From Verrucomicrobiales bacterium (GTDB lineage: Bacteria; Verrucomicrobiota; Verrucomicrobiia; Verrucomicrobiales; V1-33): a stretch of 64,000 bases of DNA. Shown in pieces: positions 58,013 through 64,000 of the stretch (the stretch's first letter is position 1; each line of letters starts with the position of its first letter). A model generated the notes under the pieces. The model was not told the origin of the DNA. It searched no databases and saw only the letters and a program-made list of their open reading frames with translations. Made by a program: the position numbers and the translations under genes. The stretch lies in NCBI GenBank assembly GCA_031411295.1, contig JANOAV010000037.1, positions 1 to 64,000 on the forward strand, in the 5' to 3' direction.

Positions 58013-59413
58013 ATGAATTTCAAATTTGCCCCGCTTGCCGCTGCCGTCACTGCCGTTTTAGGAATCGGTTGGCTCCTGGCCTCCTCTGGCACCACCCCAC
58101 CGACCGTAGTGCCCTCGGCGGTCAATGGTATCCCGGTGGTCGAGCACGTAATTTACCTCTCGGTGGATGCCCTGCGTGGAGATGCTCTGGAAACGATTCT
58201 GAATACCCGGCCCACGCAATATCCCAGTTTCAAGCGGTTGCGGGACGGCGGGGCCGCAACTTTTCGAGCGCGGACGGATTATGGGTTCACCGAGACCATC
58301 CCGAACCACTCGACCATGGTCACAGGGCGGCCCGTTTACGAACCAGGGACGACCACCCAAGCAGGGATCATCGGACATGGGCAAATTAATAACACCGGTG
58401 CCGGGGTCACGGGGGTTACCAGTGTCATTCACAGGTTGGGCGGCAATGGCGCGGCTTCCACTTATAAAAGCAGTGTCTTCGATGTGGTGCACGAATCCGG
58501 GCGCCCGACCGCTTTCTTCTTCAGCAAGGACCGGATTTTTTTCCTGGTCCGAAGTTACGATAGCACTTATGGAGCGGACAGCACCGGAGTGCCAGGGGTC
58601 GTGAATCCTGCGAAAAATAAAATCGACCGTGCCTCCCCTAGCACCGGTTTCCCCGCCAACGCTTCCGCAGTGGGGGAGGTCTTCGTGACCGACGCCAACA
58701 CGAACGGGTTGGCGGCCTTCACGATGCTGCATTTCATTGATCCAGATACCTCGGTCCACAGCACTGCGCTCACGACGACCACCCCGCCTGCCGCCCTTTC
58801 CAGCTATGAGAGCGCCATCCTGGCTTGCGACACCAGTCTGGGAAAAATTTTCGCTTGGTTGGACTCGCATCCAGCGGATAAAGCCTGCACCACCCTTATT
58901 GTTTCAGGGGATCATGGGGGCATCGGCGGTGTTACCAATCCTCACGGAGACGCCACCCGGGTGGAGAATTTCACCATTCCCTTCTTCATGACGGGGCCGG
59001 GCTTTGCCGCAGGATCCAACACTTACCAATATTTCACCAACCGCACTGATCCGGGGACGGTGCGCTCACCAGACCTTCTAACCACGCTGCCGAATCCACC
59101 TCTCCGCAATGGCGACATGGCCAACCTAGCCACCACGCTGCTTGGACTGCCAACGGTTCCTGGTTCCTATTTCAAGCCGCTGCTCATCAACCCGGACACC
59201 ACCAGCATTATTTCCATCACGCCCACCGCTGGCGGATCCCACGAAGTGAAATGGCCGCTCTCCGCCACCGGTTATCGTTTGGAAACCACCACCAATTTGC
59301 AGGCTGGGCCGTGGACCCTGGTGAACACCTCCCTCACCGCCACGCCCGATTCCAACGTGCACACGGTTACTCCCTCCGCTGCCAAAGCCTTCTTCCGATT
59401 GAAGAAAATGTAG
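58013..59413 (+). CDS. alkaline phosphatase / nucleotide pyrophosphatase superfamily secreted protein
   Basis: SVDALR, TIPNH, DxxxH, SGDHGG; C-terminal ...FFRL domain. Confidence 0.8.
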   Translation: MNFKFAPLAAAVTAVLGIGWLLASSGTTPPTVVPSAVNGIPVVEHVIYLSVDALRGDALETILNTRPTQYPSFKRLRDGGAATFRARTDYGFTETIPNHSTMVTGRPVYEPGTTTQAGIIGHGQINNTGAGVTGVTSVIHRLGGNGAASTYKSSVFDVVHESGRPTAFFFSKDRIFFLVRSYDSTYGADSTGVPGVVNPAKNKIDRASPSTGFPANASAVGEVFVTDANTNGLAAFTMLHFIDPDTSVHSTALTTTTPPAALSSYESAILACDTSLGKIFAWLDSHPADKACTTLIVSGDHGGIGGVTNPHGDATRVENFTIPFFMTGPGFAAGSNTYQYFTNRTDPGTVRSPDLLTTLPNPPLRNGDMANLATTLLGLPTVPGSYFKPLLINPDTTSIISITPTAGGSHEVKWPLSATGYRLETTTNLQAGPWTLVNTSLTATPDSNVHTVTPSAAKAFFRLKKM

Positions 59414-59522
59414 CGTCGCGCGGATGCGCTCAGGCGCTCAGGACACGGTCGCCTCAGCGCCAACCGCGTTCAGTGATGGCATTCTAATTGACCGACTTCG
59501 GCCGCCGCGCATGATCGTGGTC

Positions 59523-62500
59523 ATGATGAATGCGATTAAATTTACCTGCTGCTGGCTCGGAACCGTCTGTGCCCTGCTGCCCGCCAAGGAGTTGGATGGC
59601 GTGTATGCCCCTGTCAACACGCCGTGTCCCACGGTGGAGGAAGCGATCAAGAAAATGACCGTGCCGGCGGGCTACGAAGTGCGGAATTTTGCCTCGGAGC
59701 CCATGATCATTAACCCGGTGGCGATGACGTGGGATCATCGGGGCCGACTGTGGGTCGTGGAGTTGTATGAATATCCGAAGGGAGCCAAGGAGACGAATGA
59801 TTACCAAAAGACCGCCACTGACGAAGTCTGGCATCCCGTCGTGAAATCGGGCGTGGGCAACGGGCGGGATCGGGTGATTATTTTGGAAGACACCGACAAC
59901 GACGGCAAGGCGGACAAGCGCACCGTTTTCGTGGAAGGTCTCAGCCTGGCCACCGCCATCCTTTGTGGTTACGACGGCGTGTTCATCGGTCAGGCACCCA
60001 ACATGTTTTTCTTCCGCGATACCAATGGCGATGACAAGGCGGACGAATACAAAACCGTGCTAACCGGCTTCGGCTTGGAAGACCGCCACGAGCTGCTGAA
60101 CAGCTTCACCTGGGGCCCGGATGGCTGGATGTATTTCACGCACGGTGTCTTCACGAACTCCAAAGTCCACCGCCCCAGCGTGCCGAAGGAACAGGGAAAT
60201 AAGCTGGATGCTGGGATCTATCGGGTGAAATTTGAGAATACGTCTCTTAAGTCTCTTCCGTCCCTTGAGTCCTCTAAGTCCCTTCCGGAAGGGACTAAAG
60301 GGACGGAAGGGACACAAGAGACGAAAGGGGCTACCGTTACTGGCCCTACTGCCGTCTTCCACGAAGTCTTCTCCGATGGCACCAGCAATCCCTGGGGCTG
60401 TGATTATGATGCCGCTGGAAACTGGTTTGTGGAAGCCTGCGTGATTGACCACTTGTTCCACATGGCACCGGGCGGGCTTTATCAACGTCAGGGCGGGGCA
60501 CCGGAGAATCCGTATGCTTACGAATTGCTCCCCAGCATCGTGCAGAAGGATCAGCCGAAACATTTCCGAGCCGCGTATGCTGGCATCCAAGTGTATCAAG
60601 GCGGGCGCTATCCGAAGGACACGGAGGGGCATTTGTTCTTTGGAAACATTCACGATAACGCCATCCACGAAGAAGCTGTGGAGCCCGTGGGAGCCACGTT
60701 CAAAGCCAAACCCATCCGCGATTTCCTGCGGGCAAACGATGGTTGGTTCCGTCCGGTTAGTATCCAAACGGGACCGGATGGTTTCCTCTGGGTCATGGAC
60801 TGGTGCGATAAATACCCCTGCTACCAAAACGCCCAAGCCAATCCCGAAGGCGTGGACCGGGAGAATGGGCGGATTTGGCGAATCGTGCATAACGTCATGC
60901 CAAATCCAATTATACCTACTCAGCCCATTCCCCAGGCGACGTCATCGACCGAACCAGGAGTTAGTAAAAATATTCAATATCTGCCACTGCCACGCAACGA
61001 TTCTTCGCGAATGGAGGCTCAGATGGATTTCCAAAAGAAAACTTCAGCTGAACTAGTGGCAGCCTTGAGTAGTCCGAACAGTTGGATGCGCAGAAGAGCG
61101 TCGCAGGCAGCTATCGAGCGAAATAATCCTGACGATTACACTGCGATCAGAAAATTCGTAGAAGATACAAACAATCCAGACGCCTACCGGGTTCAAGCAT
61201 TGGGCTGCTTCAGTGCCTTGATGAAAAAGCGAGGACGCGAGTCCGCAGAGGATGATTTTAGATTTCCGCTGAAGAATCTATTCAAGGAACAGAACCCCCT
61301 AATCACCCAGACTGCGCTTTGGTTGATGGGCGATTCTTTACCACTCTCCAAATCGTTTCCTGAGTTTTACGTGGAGTTGCCGTCATTCGATGAACTCCTG
61401 CCAGATGACCGAAATCTCAATAGCGTTACAGCACTGGCAACAGCTCTGCGGCAATATAACACGGGGGCGCTTACCGGAATTAAAAGCAAAAGTATAAGCC
61501 CAAATATGACAATGCAACTGTCAACGCTTCTCAAGATTGGTTTAGTCCCTGGCGATCCGCTCACACCATTCAAAATATGGATGGCTCTGGAACCAGCCTT
61601 GGCAATGTCGCCAGAGCGATATCTAAATTTACTAGCGAAACAATCCACCACCACCAAACCCCTTTCCCTAATCCTAACCTACAAATCCGCCCGCCGCATC
61701 ACAGATACTCGCAGCGCGGAGAACATGGATTTGCTACTGAAATTCCTCAACGACATTAAGTCGGATGACGAACTTGTGGCGCGTGCGTTGGACGGAATGC
61801 TCAAAGCGCAGGAGGCGGGCGCGGTGAAACCTGCCAAGACTGATCCCGCTCCGTTCTTTGCGGCATGGGCCAAGAGCGCGAATGCGGATGTGCGAAATTT
61901 CTCCTCGCGACTTGCCACGATCTGGGGCGATCCGAATGCCATCGCTGGCTTGATGGGGCTCGTGTTAGACGAGAAGGCGGACGAGGGCAAACGAATCGAT
62001 GCCATTCAGACTGTGCGTAAACTCAAGAGCGATGCCGCCAAGGCTGGCATCCTGAAATTGCTGGGCACGCTGGACAAAAAGGCATCCGAGAAACTCACTG
62101 TGGAAACGCTGCGAGCCGCCGCAGAGCTTGGCGGCATGGATTTGGCCACGGCCATTCTGAAGGCCTGGAGCGGCTACTCTCCCGCGCTGAAATCCGCCGC
62201 TGCGGAAGTCATGATTTCCCGGGCCGACTGGGCGGAAAAACTGTTGGATGCCGTGGAAGGCAAATGGATTGCCAGCCAGCAAATCCCCGCCTCCGAAGTC
62301 CCCGTAACCGCCCGACGCTACTTCGCCACGCAACCCAATGCGGAACAAAAAGCACGTGCCACCAAGTTGCTAGGCGTCTGGAATGAAACTAACGCCGACA
62401 CCAAAGCGCTCATCACGGCCAAACGCAAAGCCGCCCTAATTGGCGAACCGAATTTGGAAAACGGCAAAGTGATCTTTACCGCCACCTGCGCCACCTGCCA

Positions 62501-63368
62501 CAAGTTCCATGGCGGCGGACAGGAAGTGGGGCCGGAGTTGATCGGCAGTGGTCGCAGCAGCTTGGATGCGTTGCTGAATAACATTGTCGATCCCAATCAA
62601 ATCATCGGTAACGGTTACGAAAACGTCATCGTGAACACCAAGGATAACCGCACCCTGGCGGGCCGCGTGGTGGAAGACACGCCCACTCAAGTCACGTTGC
62701 TGGGTATCGGAGGCCGACGCGAAGTCGTGGCGCGGGGCGACATCGCCAAGCTGGAAAATACCCACCAAAGCCTCATGCCCATGGGCTTCGGAGCCTTGCC
62801 AGATGACATCTTCCGGGACCTCGTCTGGTATCTGCTGGCCCCGCCGGAGGAAGGTAAATTGACCCCGGAAAAGAAAGCCGCCATGGCCGCACCTGTCACA
62901 GAAATCACCGCGCCACCTGCCGCCAAGAACGAGAAACAGTATCCCAAAATCGACCTGGAATCCGTCAGCCTGTGGAATCCAGAATGGAAAGTTACCGCTC
63001 CGAATTTCGAAGGCACGCCCGTGAAGCTAGGCGAATTTTCAGGACGGAAGAACATCCTGCAAATGCATCCCTTTCCAGACAAGACCACGCCATCCAAACT
63101 AACCCGCAAACTCACCGTGGACGCCACCAAGCCCGGTAAATTAAAATTTGCCGCAGCCTCGAAGGATCAATTCGACTGGGAACTGCGTGTGAACATTGAT
63201 GGGAAAGAAGCCAAGCGCCAGACCATCGGCCCGAAGGAAGGTCGGTGGCACGAAGTGGAAATTTCCCTGGAGCCATGGAAAGGCAAGACCGTGGAAATCA
63301 GCCTGGAAAACCACGCCAACGGCTGGGCCTGGGAGTTCAGTTACTGGAGTAATATTCGGGTGGAATGA
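59523..63368 (+). CDS. PVC-type heme-binding CxxCH protein (beta-propeller + helical repeats + cytochrome c); start 59511-59526
   Basis: FASEP...NPVAMTWD, LEDTDNDGKAD, WGPDGW, GPDG...DW, CATCH...GPEL, SLMP. Confidence 0.92.
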   Translation: MMNAIKFTCCWLGTVCALLPAKELDGVYAPVNTPCPTVEEAIKKMTVPAGYEVRNFASEPMIINPVAMTWDHRGRLWVVELYEYPKGAKETNDYQKTATDEVWHPVVKSGVGNGRDRVIILEDTDNDGKADKRTVFVEGLSLATAILCGYDGVFIGQAPNMFFFRDTNGDDKADEYKTVLTGFGLEDRHELLNSFTWGPDGWMYFTHGVFTNSKVHRPSVPKEQGNKLDAGIYRVKFENTSLKSLPSLESSKSLPEGTKGTEGTQETKGATVTGPTAVFHEVFSDGTSNPWGCDYDAAGNWFVEACVIDHLFHMAPGGLYQRQGGAPENPYAYELLPSIVQKDQPKHFRAAYAGIQVYQGGRYPKDTEGHLFFGNIHDNAIHEEAVEPVGATFKAKPIRDFLRANDGWFRPVSIQTGPDGFLWVMDWCDKYPCYQNAQANPEGVDRENGRIWRIVHNVMPNPIIPTQPIPQATSSTEPGVSKNIQYLPLPRNDSSRMEAQMDFQKKTSAELVAALSSPNSWMRRRASQAAIERNNPDDYTAIRKFVEDTNNPDAYRVQALGCFSALMKKRGRESAEDDFRFPLKNLFKEQNPLITQTALWLMGDSLPLSKSFPEFYVELPSFDELLPDDRNLNSVTALATALRQYNTGALTGIKSKSISPNMTMQLSTLLKIGLVPGDPLTPFKIWMALEPALAMSPERYLNLLAKQSTTTKPLSLILTYKSARRITDTRSAENMDLLLKFLNDIKSDDELVARALDGMLKAQEAGAVKPAKTDPAPFFAAWAKSANADVRNFSSRLATIWGDPNAIAGLMGLVLDEKADEGKRIDAIQTVRKLKSDAAKAGILKLLGTLDKKASEKLTVETLRAAAELGGMDLATAILKAWSGYSPALKSAAAEVMISRADWAEKLLDAVEGKWIASQQIPASEVPVTARRYFATQPNAEQKARATKLLGVWNETNADTKALITAKRKAALIGEPNLENGKVIFTATCATCHKFHGGGQEVGPELIGSGRSSLDALLNNIVDPNQIIGNGYENVIVNTKDNRTLAGRVVEDTPTQVTLLGIGGRREVVARGDIAKLENTHQSLMPMGFGALPDDIFRDLVWYLLAPPEEGKLTPEKKAAMAAPVTEITAPPAAKNEKQYPKIDLESVSLWNPEWKVTAPNFEGTPVKLGEFSGRKNILQMHPFPDKTTPSKLTRKLTVDATKPGKLKFAAASKDQFDWELRVNIDGKEAKRQTIGPKEGRWHEVEISLEPWKGKTVEISLENHANGWAWEFSYWSNIRVE
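60242..60331. repeat. in-frame palindromic array of ten 9-bp units inside the CxxCH gene
   Basis: Five gtcyyttnn-like units followed by five nnaagggac-like units. Confidence 0.85.
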
Positions 63369-63467
63369 GCGGAATATTACTCCAAAGTTCCGTGCTTGCG
63401 AGGCGGGGTGGGGCAGTCTAGGAAGAGGGTATCCACTTCATCCAATCCATTCTAACACTCCCCTGAC

Positions 63468-64000
63468 ATGCCCGCCAAAGCCAAATCCGCCACCTCGCCC
63501 AACATCTGGGCCATCGTGGGCACGGACGAACTCAAGGTGAAAGAAGCCGCGCAACAGCTCACCCGACAACTGGTGCCGCCAGAAGCAGGAGATTTCGGGC
63601 TGGAAGTCGTGGACGGAGCGGCGGATAATGTCGATCACGCGGAACGCATTATTTACCGGGTGCTGGAAGATCTGCAGACCATGCCATTCTTCGGTGGGGA
63701 TAAGGTTGTCTGGCTGAAAAGCGCCACCTTCCTAGCTGACAACGTGACCGGTCGTTCAACCCGCACGCTGGAAGGATTGGAAAAGCTGGGCAAGCTGCTC
63801 CTGGAAGGGTTGCCGGAGAATACAAAATTTATCCTAACCGCCACCGATGTCGATAAGCGACGCTCATTTTACAATGTGCTCAAGAAGGCGACCAATTTGG
63901 AAGTCTTCGATGTAATTGACACCAGCAAACAGGGCTGGGAAGGCCTCGTGATGCGGCTCGTGGAGGATCGGGCCGAAGAGTATCAGATGCGGTTCGAGCC
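63468..64000 (+). CDS. holA: DNA polymerase III subunit delta, 3'-partial
   Basis: Manually translated: IVGTDELKVKE...LEVVDG...LQTMPFFGGDKVVWLK...DKRRSFY. Runs off the window. Confidence 0.8.
   Translation, partial: MPAKAKSATSPNIWAIVGTDELKVKEAAQQLTRQLVPPEAGDFGLEVVDGAADNVDHAERIIYRVLEDLQTMPFFGGDKVVWLKSATFLADNVTGRSTRTLEGLEKLGKLLLEGLPENTKFILTATDVDKRRSFYNVLKKATNLEVFDVIDTSKQGWEGLVMRLVEDRAEEYQMRFE

Overview
A GC-rich bacterial chromosome segment, most likely Verrucomicrobiota (PVC superphylum). This is inferred from PVC-type CxxCH proteins, DUF1501/DUF1549/DUF1553, DUF1552/DUF1588, DUF6288 and Verrucomicrobia-style REP palindromes. Layout: (1) 1-7.4 kb holds three tandem Rhs core + variable C-terminus + putative immunity modules joined by a conserved 33-bp motif. 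(2) 7.5-9.4 kb holds a nested palindrome, tandem repeats, and a truncated plus a full-length HUH/Y1 (RAYT-like) transposase. (3) 9.5-29 kb holds housekeeping and secreted-protein genes (hemW, Smr, tyrS, rplI, a large M6 metalloprotease, MoxR, transglutaminase, Uma2, GspE/PilB). (4) 29-55 kb is an accessory, mostly minus-strand island of hydrolases and uncharacterised cytochrome/Tat-partner pairs. It contains an IS110 element inserted into an in-frame intragenic REP doublet. The element's 305-bp left end carries two parallel CCCGT+7-mer motifs matching its own target and donor sites, the signature of a bridge RNA. (5) 55-64 kb holds yihY, an iscU-like gene, a rhodanese, pssA, an alkaline-phosphatase-superfamily gene, a PVC CxxCH protein and the start of holA. 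No rRNA, tRNA or CRISPR-cas was recognised. Family names come from motif recognition, not database searches.
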